Source: Tubulanus polymorphus (Eukaryota; Animalia; Nemertea). Taken from it: a stretch of 64,000 bases of DNA. Made by a program: the position numbers and the translations under genes. Where the stretch lies: contig NC_134033.1 in the NCBI RefSeq assembly GCF_964204645.1, forward strand, positions 11,788,655-11,852,654. Direction: 5' to 3'. Shown piece after piece: positions 25,125-42,772 of the stretch. The notes under the pieces were generated by a model, which searched no databases, was not told where the DNA came from, and saw nothing but the letters and a program-made list of their open reading frames with translations. Positions within the stretch are counted from its first letter, which is position 1. Every line of letters starts with the position of its first letter.

Positions 25125-26318
25125 TAGTCCACAAAACTTGTTCTATGAATTAATCTATCCCAGTACAACATGATTGGAATGGCTCAAACTCACAACCGGG
25201 CGCTTGTCCCTGTGACGTTCGATTTTTAATTGGCCCTCGACCAGCTGGTGGTTGTGACGGCCGATTCCGATTCCTCCGTACCAATTAGTATCTATAGCCG
25301 ATCCTTTTTTTCTAGAAAATTGATTTACATTGTTCTGGTGAATTCTAATCCCGGATAGGTAACAAAGGTACACACGAACAAATCTGGCAACTCACAGATG
25401 GAGCGCCGATGAATCTTCTGACCAAGATCTTTTTTCAAAAAAATTATGAAATTGTGAGCATGTATTTCATTCCTAATTTCAACCAGGAAAGTGCTCCGAA
25501 TGCACCTAAGTGCACATAATTTTTCAGACCGTCGGACTTCATTTTGATTTGATATGCCGAATCTTTATGATTTATATATATATATATACCATAACAGAGC
25601 CAATATCTATAGAAGTGAACTGATTACAAATGTCATTGCAAATCACAAAAGCTGACCCGGCCGATTGGCAGAAACAGGGCATCATTCCATTTTAGTCTAT
25701 AGTTCGGAATTTGAAAGAAGATAGTACCTACTTACTACTTACTATAATCGACATCATGACCCGTGAAATACATGAACATGTCGGTCGGGTAATGCACCAC
25801 GCTTGAAATTGAGATACGAAGATTGTCCTGTATAGTATTGTAAGAAATCAAACGGAAATCATCCACATTCGTGTCTCGACCAACCATCTTCTCAATGGTC
25901 TGATATGGTTGCACAAACACGACGATACATTCAATATGAAGCGGAATTTTTTTAGGGTGTAACCGAATTCTTACAGTCTGAATGAGAATTCATTCTGATC
26001 TTATACATACCATGTCAACCGAAGAGAAATGCCGGCTATAAATACTGGATGCGTGGAAGGTTGAGCTTTATTAGGCCTACTTTGGTTAAGAGCATTGGAT
26101 GAAAAAAATGCGGTGTCGTTCTTCGATGATGCATATCAAGTTACTTATAGCATTTGTGGCATTGTTCCTTGTAGTCCATGGCTATCCTGTACCAGATGGT
26201 GAGCAGGCTGTAAGGTCATCGCAATGTCTTCATACAAATTCGTAAGAACGGCCGCCGACTTGTACTGGGTTTCTATCATAATTAATCATCGCTTTATTAA
26301 CCCATTTAAGAGTCTTTC

Positions 26319-26572
26319 GTCGCGGAGTCCGGTGAAGGAGAGAAACGTAGCGCTGAGTTTGGAGTCGCGGAGTCCGGTGACGGTCAGAAACGTAGCGCTG
26401 AGTTTGGAGTCGCGGAGTCCGGTGACGGGGAGAAACGTAGCGCTGAGTTCGGAGTCGCGGAGTCCGGTGACGGTCAAAAACGTAGCTCTGAGTTTGGAGT
26501 CGCGGAGTCCGGTGACGGTCAAAAACGTAGCGCTGAGTTTGGAGTCGCGGAGTCCGGTGACGGGGAGAAACG
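26319..26572. repeat. GC/CpG-rich 45-bp tandem repeat, ~5.5 copies
   Basis: Unit GAGTCGCGGAGTCCGGTGACGGTCAGAAACGTAGCGCTGAGTTTG. Confidence 0.93.
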
Positions 26573-27544
26573 CATGCTATGAGCCTCGAGTGTTTGGTGA
26601 CCGAATGAAACGATAAAGCGCAGAGGTAAAGTATTGCTATTCAACACCGCCTCATTCGAATCAATCTCAATGTTATTTCGTGTGTATTTTCATATTTCGT
26701 CCGTTTTCAGTCGCAAGCCACGCGTTAAATCCCTATGAAGCCCTAGTCGGGCTGGCGCAGAGAGGTTATCTGTACCGCATAACTGGTGTCAAGATGATTT
26801 CTACCATTATTTTCATAAATTTATAATCGATGCTGCCCATTTTGATAATAAAACAATTCAGTTTTGAACACTTTGTTCTCACGATGTTTGGACATAGCTT
26901 GCTATCTGTATAGCGTTCGCCCGGAGGACAAATACTTGTCGACGAACTTCATGTTGTGGAAAGCATTCTCCATTTGGCACGTCCATAGCTATCGCTCTCA
27001 CTTCGGATAAGATTTGTTTGGCTGGTGTAGAGTCTGATAGTATTTTACTAGTTATGTTATGTGACGTGAAGGTCTTTAAAACGTGGCAAGATAGATGATT
27101 TCGCTTGGCACGTTAGTGTCCGGAATTCAGTTGTTCTATCCACACGATGCTTGTCCGCCAACAATGATTCGGTGCTATATTTTTGCAGGGGGAGTTGTAG
27201 CTAGAAGTTGTGGCTTAGATCAAGAATAATCTTGGTTCACAGCCATAGCATAGTCATTGTGTTATGGATTTTACGACTGTAACCGGTCCACACGTCTGCG
27301 CTATACGATTTTCTCGTTCTCTATTCCCGAATGGAGTGGTGTGAATACAGAATACACGTATATTGTAGATCAAATTGTCCTTTTCCTAAGTTTTCCTTGT
27401 TCGATGCCAGCCTTTACGATTACGAGAGGGAAACCTTTGAATCGTGTAAATCAATTCCTCGAAAAGCACAACACGGTAAATCATTGATTTCTACTGAACT
27501 GAAACTTTATTTAGCAAAGAAATGGACGGAAAATCAAATTTCGA

Positions 27545-33102
<5,558 letters not shown>

Positions 33103-33219
33103 ACTCGTTACGTAGTTACAGCACCCGAATTATTGAACGATAATTTCCACACGACCACCGTCCGGGTCAAACACCACTCTACAGAAAACTTGTGCTGAGA
33201 TCCATTCTACGGGCCAGTA

Positions 33220-33225
33220 TTTATA
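33220..33225 (-). promoter_or_regulatory. TATA box of the astacin gene
   Basis: CTATAAAT ~120 bp upstream of the ATG, with an Inr-like TCAG ~25 nt downstream. Confidence 0.5.
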
Positions 33226-34032
33226 GCTGCCCGAAAATGCATCCGGTGACCGGATCTACATGCTTCGTGTAACCTCAATCGACGGTTTAAAATCGATTTG
33301 AAGCCATAGCTTTGAATCTTAACAAAGTAGGATTTCGAATCTGTAACGGATTAGTTCTCGCTGAATGCGAAATTCACCGCATTGAGTCTATCGCAATATC
33401 AAAGAGGCGCATACTCACTTAAAAATGATGATAGATTCAAACAGCATTAGAATAAGACCCGATGATGATTTATTTATGAAAAAAAAGTTATTAGAGCATG
33501 TCATTTTTCAGGCTGGACTTAAAAAGGTCAAACTTCATTTGAGGCCAATATTGTAGGAGAAAAAAAAAACAAAACTTTAATCCAAAATGCTTGTTGTGAA
33601 ATAGCTTTCTTGTCCATCTAAAGGCTAAAAATGATAACTTGTTTCTGCTATGAAAGATAAATCGCCGTCCTTCAAAATATATTCCGATACTAAAAGATTT
33701 TTGCAGTGTAAGAAATAATTGTGGGTTTTTCCGCTAATGCGCGCGTGTGCGCGTGCGCTTGTCGATTGAACTGTCCCACTTGAACTTATTTCATCCATGC
33801 TACTAGCTTTAAGTATAGTATCACTGCGAAATTTCTTTGCACTTCACTTCCATATGTTAAATTAATTTGATTAAATATATGCACTTGTATTTAATGACAA
33901 AGTTGGAGACAAGAAACTTTACACCAACCCGTATCGTAATTAAACTGGCTATAATTGGCCTACACTGAATTTCGAACCACACAGTTTTCTTTATATCAAA
34001 ACAAAATATTTTCTGTATGAATTTAGCAAATA

Positions 34033-34585
34033 AGGTTGATTTCGGCAGAACTTGATATGTGCTGAAGGGCAGGTGATATCTGAAGTCAATCTGCAGCAGT
34101 TGAACTGGCCTCTCAGGGCAGGTTGATATCTGCAGAATGAAAGTGGCCTCTCAGGGCAGGTGATATCTGAAGTAAAACTGCAGCAGTTGAACTGGCCTCT
34201 CAGGGCAGGTGATCTGCAGAACTCAAACTGCAGCAGTTGAACTGGCCTCTCAGGGCAGGTTGATATATGCAGAGTGAAATTGGCCTCTCGGGGCAGGTGA
34301 CCTGGCCTCTCAGGGCAGGTGATATCAGAACTCAAACAGCAGCATTTAAACTGGCCTCTCAGGGCAGGTTGATTTCTGCAGAATGAAAGTGGCCTCTCAG
34401 CGCAGGTGATATCAGAACTCAAAGAGCAGCAGTTAAACTGGCCTCTCAGGGCAGGTTGATATCAGAAGTCAAACTGCAGCAGTTAAACTGGCCTCTCAGG
34501 GCAGGTGATATCTGCAGAATGAAACTGCCCTCTCAGGGCAGGTTGATTTCTGCAGAATGAAACTGATGGCCTCTCAGAGCAGGTT
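34033..34585. repeat. Satellite array (GGCCTCTCAGGGCAGG core, ~35-45 bp variable units), copy 1
   Basis: Repeated core separated by two alternating linker types. Confidence 0.93.
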
Positions 34586-34876
34586 ATGGTAGGACAACCT
34601 TTGGCAAACCCACCATCGACTCATCTCGCACTGGCATTTTTCTCTTTATGCTGTTGTTTCCTGCCAACTGGTATCGTTGCCGTTATTAAAGCCAATGGTG
34701 TGAGCGATGCGATCAGAACAGGAGACCTCCAATATGCCCTGAGACAATCGAAATCGGCAAGGATGTTGTCATTGATAGGCATCGGGATTGGATGTGCATC
34801 ATGGGGGATTGGTCTGATACTTATAATTCTAGTATTTGCAGTTGGTATTGGTTCTTTCGGTTATAGATTTGGATAG
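34586..34876 (+). CDS. CD225/dispanin (PRRT1/IFITM-like) protein A; N-terminus missing or on an unidentified upstream exon
   Basis: PPSTHLALAFFSLCCCFLPTGIVAVIKA...GDLQYALRQSKSAR plus a second hydrophobic segment; the satellite abuts the ATG. Confidence 0.75.
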   Translation: MVGQPLANPPSTHLALAFFSLCCCFLPTGIVAVIKANGVSDAIRTGDLQYALRQSKSARMLSLIGIGIGCASWGIGLILIILVFAVGIGSFGYRFG

Positions 34877-34904
34877 TGACATCAAGAACATATACGAGAA
34901 TTTA

Positions 34905-35123
34905 GGCTAAAAAAATTGATACCTTATTTCTCCGCTCTGCTGAGCTTAAATGTTGACCCGGCCGGCCGCCTATCTACCCTATACATTACTTTTTTTTAAA
35001 TCGTGATCAATTTTACCATAACAGACCCGGCCGCTATAGAAATGAACTGTTTACAAATTTTATCAAATTTTACAAAAATGACCCGGCCGCTGCGGAGAAA
35101 CAAGGTATCATTTTTGTTTAGCC
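34905..35123. mobile_element. MITE, PIF/Harbinger-like
   Basis: TIRs GGCTAAAAAAATTGATACCTT / AAGGTATCATTTTTGTTTAGCC with TTA on both sides; related fragments near 25570-25698 and 43090-43195. Confidence 0.75.
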
Positions 35124-36157
35124 TTAGCTGATCATCTCACATACTGTGATTTTAAATCATTGGCTTGTTGGTGAAAATCAAATGACCTAATAAGAACATG
35201 ATGTCAATATTAATGTAATGAATGCAAAAAGGTGTTTTGTTGAAGAGATCCTACTATTTAAGGGTCGTTTTTAAATGGTTGTTTGTTGCTGTTCATATTT
35301 ACTTATAACACATCGATAAAGATATCCATGGGTGTATATTGCAAATTATTGGTAGTCCTTGTTCGTTACTTTTTTTCGATCGCCTCGAGAATGATAAGTT
35401 ACAGAATCAGTTTTTTTAACTAACGTTATGCATCAAAATGGCGCATCAATTTCTTTCATGTTTATTCTATTTTTGACGACCTTTTCTATTGATTTCGTAT
35501 ATGAGGATAGAAAAAGATTGGTGTATTTTCGTATCAGAAATCTTAACTAATTTATTCACCAATTGTTTTCACTATTCACTTCAAAAATTAAACGAGAAAA
35601 CAATTGAAAGATACAAATCAATCAATATCAGTATTTGTGTATCTCCTCAAAATAGAACATATCGTGTGTAGTACTTCTACTGAGGTGCAACGTTGTTGCT
35701 AGGGCGTTCACTGCAATCTATTGACGCAGGTTCATAAATAGTTAAACAGTTGTCTATATTCTACCTCGTATAACGCATATGGTAAGTTGACATGGGAATA
35801 ACAATATCAGACGGCTTATCTTGTGAAATGTATCAATGAGTGGGAACAAAATGTCTTCTTCTTAAATAAATAATTCTTCAACGAACGCTGAAAAGAGATT
35901 TTTGATGGTGTGTCCGCTGGGGCTCAAGGTATTATACATGTATAGCGGTTGTCGATGAGAAGTCTAAGCAATACACTTTTTTAGCTTTTTGTCGTATCTA
36001 AACAATAACCCATTACCTGAGATTTACCGTTAGATTTGAAAATCGATGTTGATGGTTTCACCTACGTATTTGTCAGTAAGTTTTTACTCGTGTAAAACAA
36101 GCTGTATTTCAACAACGATGATTATTTGGTAAAATATTTGTGTTTTGATACAGGAAA

Positions 36158-36801
36158 ATGTCGGGATCCGAAAAACGAGATGAAAATACTGAACAAAAAC
36201 AAAATCTTCAAGGATACAGCACGCCATCCGATTTTGGTATTTACGTTTTTCCAAGATATAGCCATTTAGTGGTGTGAAATATTTTTCAATTTCGTAGTGA
36301 AATGCTACGTTCGTTCTATTCAGAATAAGGAGTTTCTTTTTCTCAGGTTACGGTGGTGCACAGTGGGGTGTCGCTGCAACAGCGCAGAATCCTGCTCAAA
36401 TGAATAACCTATACCCAATGCAACAGCCTGTGATGATGATGGCACCAGGACAGCGACCAGGTCAGCCTATGATGGCCTATCCTCCTGGGCAGCCGATAGC
36501 CGGGCAGCCTATCATGGTAGGCCAACAGCCGTTCATGATAATGCAACATCCAGCTAACGCTCCCTCTAACCATATGACTTACGCGATCATATCCGCTATA
36601 CTGTGTTTTTGGCCAACCGGAATCGTGGCCGTGCTTAAGGCGATTAGTGTAAGCAAAAATTTTTGTATAGGAAACATGGAACAAGCTGAACAAGCATCGA
36701 AAACTACAAAAAAATGGTGTGATATCACCCTTGGCATTGGTATATGTTGTCACTTTGCAACAATCACAGCCTTATTACTTTGGCACTTCGTTTTCGCGTG
36801 A
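36158..36801 (+). CDS. CD225/dispanin protein B (177 aa, Pro/Gln-rich N-terminus)
   Basis: join(36158..36236,36347..36801), phase 1; PSNHMTYAIISAILCFWPTGIVAVLKA...GNMEQAEQASK. Probable non-coding exon with a donor near 35781. Confidence 0.85.
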
Positions 36802-37546
36802 ATGTTATACGAACGTTCTACCGTCAAATCTAGCTATGATTGGTTGGCCGAGTTTCTACGTAAACATGCGGCAGAAGCCATTGAAAAAATGCAAAGTGCC
36901 AATGATACAATGACGGCGTGGCCTCAGAATATCAAATTGAACTGATAACTGAAAAAAAATTATACGTATATATAACCTGCAATTATGTTGTTCATTTACA
37001 TTAAAAGCTTTTTGTGGATATATATTTAGAAACTTTTCATGTTGATTGCATCCCTGTCATATAGACAGATTAAACATTAGAACAATATCAAATCATTAAA
37101 TACTGGTACTGCAGTTTATCGTGTGACAATGATAGTAATTTTTCAATGTGATATTGATGAATGATAATGATTTTGGATTCCTATTATGATATTCTATACA
37201 ATATTTCAGAAAATACACTTTCACTGTTGAATTACACAAAGTAACCGTCGATTTCTATTTCTAATATATACAGTTGAGATGGGTTAAGACACGACAAGTT
37301 ATTTCAGGAAAATGCTGAGAGATTTTCACTTTGAAAAGTAACGTGTTAATTTTGAGTGAAGAATGTACGGTGAAATATTGCTCCAATAATTGCTGCACCA
37401 AACCCACATACATCTATTTCACCCTTCGGAATCGTGATTATTGCTGAAGAAGGAATTTATATTCATATCTTTCGAGTTATTTTTGGACTGTAACCAACAC
37501 CCGTGGTCCAGGGAACAAACTGACAAGGCAGCCCGATTTGGTAATA

Positions 37547-37720
37547 CAGTAAACTTTGCCTAACTCGGGACAAAGTGGGACTTAAAAATTCCGAGTTCAG
37601 CGAAAGTCTGAGTTAAAGATCAGAAAGTACGTTAGGAAGTCGGAAAATCATTTAGTTTTTGACCGTTTTAGTTAAAACTCCGATCAGAGTTGGCCATGTC
37701 TGAGAATGCAAGATTTACCG
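37547..37720. mobile_element. Tc1/mariner-type MITE
   Basis: TA-CAGTAAACTTTGC ... GCAAGATTTACCG-TA imperfect TIRs. Confidence 0.55.
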
Positions 37721-38122
37721 TATTACGACATCTCAATTACATTTTATTTCATTCTTGCGGAGGCTTGTTCGCAATGTAAACACATATTGATCCACAGCTA
37801 GATTTTCGTAGTATTTGAAAATGTTTCGTAGTATTTAGAAATGTTCTTAATGTTGTTTCCGTATGCGTGGGGGTTACGTTAAAGCCGTCAGACAAGAACG
37901 TACTAGTAGTAAGAATTACGAAAGTTCTTGTTTGATGCTTTCATCTACCAACGCAAACCATAAATCAGTCTATAAACAACAATTCTTTCTCGGTTCTTCT
38001 GCTGTGAGATCTGGCAAACATTCAGAAAATCTTTATATAAAACTTTTAAATAGTTGGAACCATATTTGGTTGGGTCGGAACAATGGAGTGTATTTATAAT
38101 GAGGCTCGTGAAGGGATCACGC

Positions 38123-39053
38123 TGATACTTGATGATATTCCCGGCTACTTTCCGTAAAAGGAAAAACCGGAAGTTTAGGAAGATGTGGGTTGTTTTGCTT
38201 ATCCTGTATTAAAATAGAATGAGTTATATTGTAGATAAAATAATTAGTATAAGTATTTCAAATAATTTAAGAATTGATAATCAATCACAATGTATTCCGA
38301 ATCGTAGTTAATTATAATAATTAAAAAAGAAACAATGAATTTGTACTGTAATTAGAAAAGAAAACAAAGTTTTGAAAAGATATTTAATTTGAGTAATCTA
38401 GATGTTGTTTAAGAACAAATTGTTAATAATCGCTAATGTTTTAGAAAAATTAATTTGTGTTAAATGTTAAAACTAGCTGTCTGAAGTTTCTGTTGTCTGT
38501 ATGCGCTCGTTGGTAATTCACAGACAATAGCTGCTCTCTCAACAACGACTAGCAAGGAGTGAGTAAATCACAACGCGTCATGACAGGAGGGTTGGAAGAA
38601 AAAGTTTATATCAGCAAATCAGTTTCTAAAAAACCTTTAGATCAGCAAATCAGTAGGGCTAAATTTTCCGTAACTGAAAACGGTCATGACAGTTGGGTAG
38701 CTGCTCCTTGCCAAAAAGCGGAAGACCCTGCGTGGGAGAATCGGAATTCTGAGAATGCCGGTTCTTTCTACAAAAGGGGGCCGCTATCGAGAGAGAGGAG
38801 AGAATCTGTACCTTAGTAAGACGAGTGTTAACAGCAGGACAGGAGAAGCTTCGGAACGATAGGGATTCATATACAATAGGGATTAGGAAAATCATTCTTT
38901 GTTCAAGGTAAATAAAATATATTATCTTCAATATTATCATCCGGTATTTCAATTTATTCATTCGGATTTGTGCACGGACACGTTCTCTCGCCAGGGCCTT
39001 ACTCAAGTATTTTATAGATATGGATTAAAGAGAGGATTGTGACCGGTGTATCA
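38123..39053 (+). mobile_element. 5' LTR of a Ty3/gypsy element (~931 bp)
   Basis: Ends in GTATCA one base before the PBS. The start is assigned to the matching inverted TGATAC at 38123 (less certain). AATAAA near 38911. Confidence 0.65.
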
Positions 39054-39054
39054 C

Positions 39055-39068
39055 TGGTGCCGAAACCC
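39055..39068 (+). promoter_or_regulatory. Primer binding site complementary to the tRNA-Phe 3' end
   Basis: TGGTGCCGAAACCC is the reverse complement of ...GGGUUUCGGCACCA of metazoan tRNA-Phe(GAA); 14-nt match. Confidence 0.8.
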
Positions 39069-39644
39069 ATACTGTTTAGTTCAGTTGTGCCGGAAACTTT
39101 TGCATTAGTAATTAATTGATGTTCAAATGGTACACATTTTTATATGCTCACATTGTGGTGCGAAGAACGCATTTTCTAAGAAGCGCCGCGCTACAACCAG
39201 CCCGACATTCGAAAAGCTATTGTGGGAGTCGAACCCACCTCAAACGAAACCATTTGAAATTCCGGTGGAGTTTCGGGAACCATTGTGGGATTCGAACCCA
39301 CTGCCAACTCCGGTCGTCCCTGTTGAGACATTGCGGGATTCGAACCCGCGAAGTGCACGACCATTTGAGATTCCGGAGGAACATCGAGAGCCGTCGTGGG
39401 ATTCGAACCCACCACTGCACGCTCATGTGTAATACCGGAGGAGTGTCGGGGACCTCTGTGGGATTCTAACCCACTCGCCATGCAGGTTGACACCGATGGG
39501 GCTGCACTACAGCCATTGAGGGGTTCGAACCTTGTGAATTGCCAAAACCGTCCAGCCAGGATGGGGAATCGAACCTACATCTGTTTTTTGGGTTGGAAAT
39601 TTTTAAAATGTTATTTTAGATTAGTATTCGTTTAAAGATATACA

Positions 39645-40259
39645 ATGTCGACTGGAGAGGAGACGACGTACGGCGCGGGTGGCTCACGGGAACGATCCGC
39701 TGTAAGCAACGACACTGTTCTGCAGGCCCTCTCTGGCCTTCGCGAACAGGTGGACACAGCCACGGCGTTCATGAATTTCTCTTTGCTCCCTAAATTTACG
39801 GGACGAGACGACCAGTGCGTCACTGATTGGTTCAAAGGATTTGACCGTTTGGCCGATCTAAGGGGTTGGAACGATGACGCTAAAAAGAAACAGTTGTATT
39901 GGTTTTTGGCTGGCCCGGCCCTAATCTTATTTAATGACCTCCGCATTGATCAGGGAACCGATGCGGCCGGTGGCAAAGTTGTCACTCCCTGGGAAAATAT
40001 TGCCCGTGCGTTTTGCGCGCAATTTAGCCCCACCTCGTGGGCTTTGGTCAAGGAGTCGGCTTTGACGACGATGCGACAGGGGGAGACACAACCGGTCGAT
40101 AGGTTTGCGGAAGAGATTGATCGTGTGGCCTCGAGTTTGAAATTTTCGGACCACCAGAAAAAAATGTTACTAATTAACAACTCTCGCCCTGACATCTCTG
40201 TCTACCTGTTGTCACAGCGTCCGACGACATTTAGGGATGCATGGGAGGTTGCGGAGTAG
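39645..40259 (+). pseudogene. gag: Ty3/gypsy gag (capsid), 3'-truncated; no pol or 3' LTR
   Basis: LPKFTG..VTDWF..F......GW..L...L.GPA; MHR-like RQGETQPVDRF; RPTTFRDAWEVAE, then a stop and the satellite. Confidence 0.8.
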
Positions 40260-40266
40260 TGAGTAT

Positions 40267-41366
40267 TGAAGGGCAGGTGATATCAGACGTCAAACTGCAG
40301 CAGTTGAACTGGCCTCTCAGGGCAGGTTGATATCTGCAGAATGAAAGTGATGGCCTCTCAGGGCAGGTGATATCTGAATTCAAACTGCAGCAGTTGAACT
40401 GGCCTCTCAGGGCAGGTGATCTGCAGAACTCAATCTGCAGCAGTTAAACTGGCCTCTCAGGGCAGGTTGATATATGCAAAGTGAAATAGGCCTCTCAGGG
40501 CAGGTGATATCAGACGTCAAACTGCAGCAGTTGAACTGGCCTCTCAGGGCAGGTGATCTGCAGAATGAAAGTGGCCTCTCAGGGCAGGTGATATCTGAAG
40601 TCAAACTGCAGCAGTTGAACTGGCCTCTCAGGGCAGGTTGATATCTGCAGAATGAAAGTGGCCTCTCAGGGCAGGTGATATCAGACGTCAAACTGCAGCA
40701 GTTGAACTGGCCTCTCAGGGCAGGTTGATATATGCAGAGTGAAATTGGCCTCTCAGGGCAGGTGATATCAGACGTCAAACTGCAGCAATTGAACTGGCCT
40801 CTCAGGGCAGGTTGATATCTGCAGAATGAAGGTGGCCTCTCAGGGCAGGTGATATCTGAAGTCAAACTGCAGTAGTTAAACTGGCCTCTCAGGGCAGGTT
40901 AATATCTGCAGAATGAAAGTGGCCTCTCAGGGCAGGTGATATCTGAAGTCAAACTGCAGCAGTTGAACTGGCCTCTCAGGGCAGATTGATATATGCAGAG
41001 TGAAATTGGCCTCTCAGGGCAGGTGATATCTGAAGTCAAACTGCAGCAGTTGAACTGGCCTCTCAGAGCAGCATAATGAAAGTGGCCTCTCAGGGCAGGT
41101 TGATATCTGCAGAATGAAAGTGGCCTCTCAGGGCAGGTTGATATCGGAAATCAATCTGCAGCTGTTGAACTGGCCTCTCAGGGCAGGTTGGTATCCGCAG
41201 AATGAAAGTGGCCTCTCAGGGCAGGTTGATATCAGAAGTCATTCTACAGCAGTTGAACTGGCCTCTCAGGGCAGGTGATCTGCAGAACTCAAACTGCAGC
41301 AGTTTAACTGGCCTCTCAAGGCAGGTTGATTTCTGCAGAATGAAACTGGCCTCTCAGGGCAGGTTG
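40267..41366. repeat. Satellite array (GGCCTCTCAGGGCAGG core), copy 2; small inverted remnant at 42085-42145
   Basis: Same units and orientation as 34033-34585. Confidence 0.93.
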
Positions 41367-42367
41367 ACGACAGTAGACTACGTATATAATTGCACCCGCA
41401 GGGCTGATCAGATTAGATTCAATTGCGTATGCCTTTTGCACGTGCAACTATAATTATGCCATTAATTATGATATATTTATGACTATAATTATGTCATTAG
41501 ATAAAGTATAAAACTGATTAAAGTTGGCCCACGCTCAGGTAATTAACCTAACGAAAAAATAATATGACATATGATCAACCAACCCTTACCCCGGAGAAGA
41601 AAAATATGATCAGCAGAATTACAATAGAGCTTCTGCAGGGAGGAGAAACCCCCGAAAAATTCACTGTTGAATTAGAATATACAGCGTATTGAAACGCACT
41701 AATATTAGTGGACGACACAAATTGTCTATGTAGGCCTATAGGATATTTGAATAATTAAATTAATGCTTTGAAATTTATATAATCACCATAACTTTCCGTC
41801 GGTTAACTTCATAACTTTTTAAAAATACATTTCTTATTATGAATGAATTTTAATTGAAATATAACTTTCGTTTTATTTGTTACATTGTAACATTCCTTAT
41901 TATGAATGAATTTTAACTGAAATATTACTTTCGTTTTATTTGTTAGGTGTCGATATATCAATGCGTTAATTTATTTCATTTTGATCCATTTAATTTCATG
42001 GTACTCGACAAGGTCGGTGAGGTAATTCGCCGTTTCATCAGAATTATAGCTGAGTTTTCCATTTATACTGCTTAATTGCGCCAATGGCCTCTCAGGGCAG
42101 GTTCCTGCCCTGAGAAGCCATGTGGCTTCTCTCAGGGCAGGTCTGCAGATTCTTAAGAATGACCCTTCTCGTAGGATCGAAAACTAAGACATCTTTTACT
42201 TGATGTCCCGTTCAACACACAACATACACACTACATACTTGACGGTACAAACACTGCTGCGTGAAAACGGGAAAACCCGAAATTATTTTTACAGCAAAGA
42301 TATTTTTAGACATAGGAAAATATTTCTGATGGAAATATTTTTACTCACAAAAAATATCTTGAAGGTA

Positions 42368-42769
42368 CGGAAGCCCCTAGGTGACATACGAGATAACTTT
42401 TTCACAATTTCGACTTATTAAGTCGAATTTCGACATAATAAGTCGAATTTCGACATAATAAGTCGAATTTCGTGTTAATTAAGTCGAATTTCGACATGAA
42501 AATAAAACTCGAAATTCGACTTGATTAACACGAAATTCGACTTATTATCTCGAAATTCGACTTAATAAGTCGAATTTCGACATAATAAGTCGAATTTCGA
42601 CTTAATAAGTCGAATTTCGACATAATAAGTCGAATTTCGTGTTAATCAAGTCGAATTTCGAGTTTTATTTTCATGTCGAATTTCGACTTATTAAGTCGAA
42701 TTTCGACATAATAAGTCGAATTTCGAAATTATGAAAAAAATTATCTCATATGTCACCTAGGGGCTTCCG
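42368..42769. mobile_element. MITE with TA TSD and internal 20-bp palindromic tandem repeats
   Basis: TIR CGGAAGCCCCTAGGTGACAT / ATGTCACCTAGGGGCTTCCG flanked by TA; internal (AAGTCGAATTTCGACATAAT)n. Confidence 0.88.
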
Positions 42770-42772
42770 TAT

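Noticed and set aside
26319-26572. Tandem hammerhead ribozymes or CRISPR repeats (CTGA...GAAACGTA)
   Set aside because: Lacks CUGANGA and helix I pairing; the variable patch is only 3-4 nt. The SRSPVT ORFs are repeat artefacts.
33738-33760. Alternating purine-pyrimidine tract (Z-DNA potential)
   Set aside because: Short, with no evidence of function.
33991-34422. Cys-rich ORFs here and at 40407-40865
   Set aside because: Translations of the non-coding satellite with variable unit length.
39220-39580. Cluster of true tRNA genes on the minus strand
   Set aside because: Only T-arms are present; spacing of 44-63 nt is too short and no acceptor, D or anticodon arms are visible.
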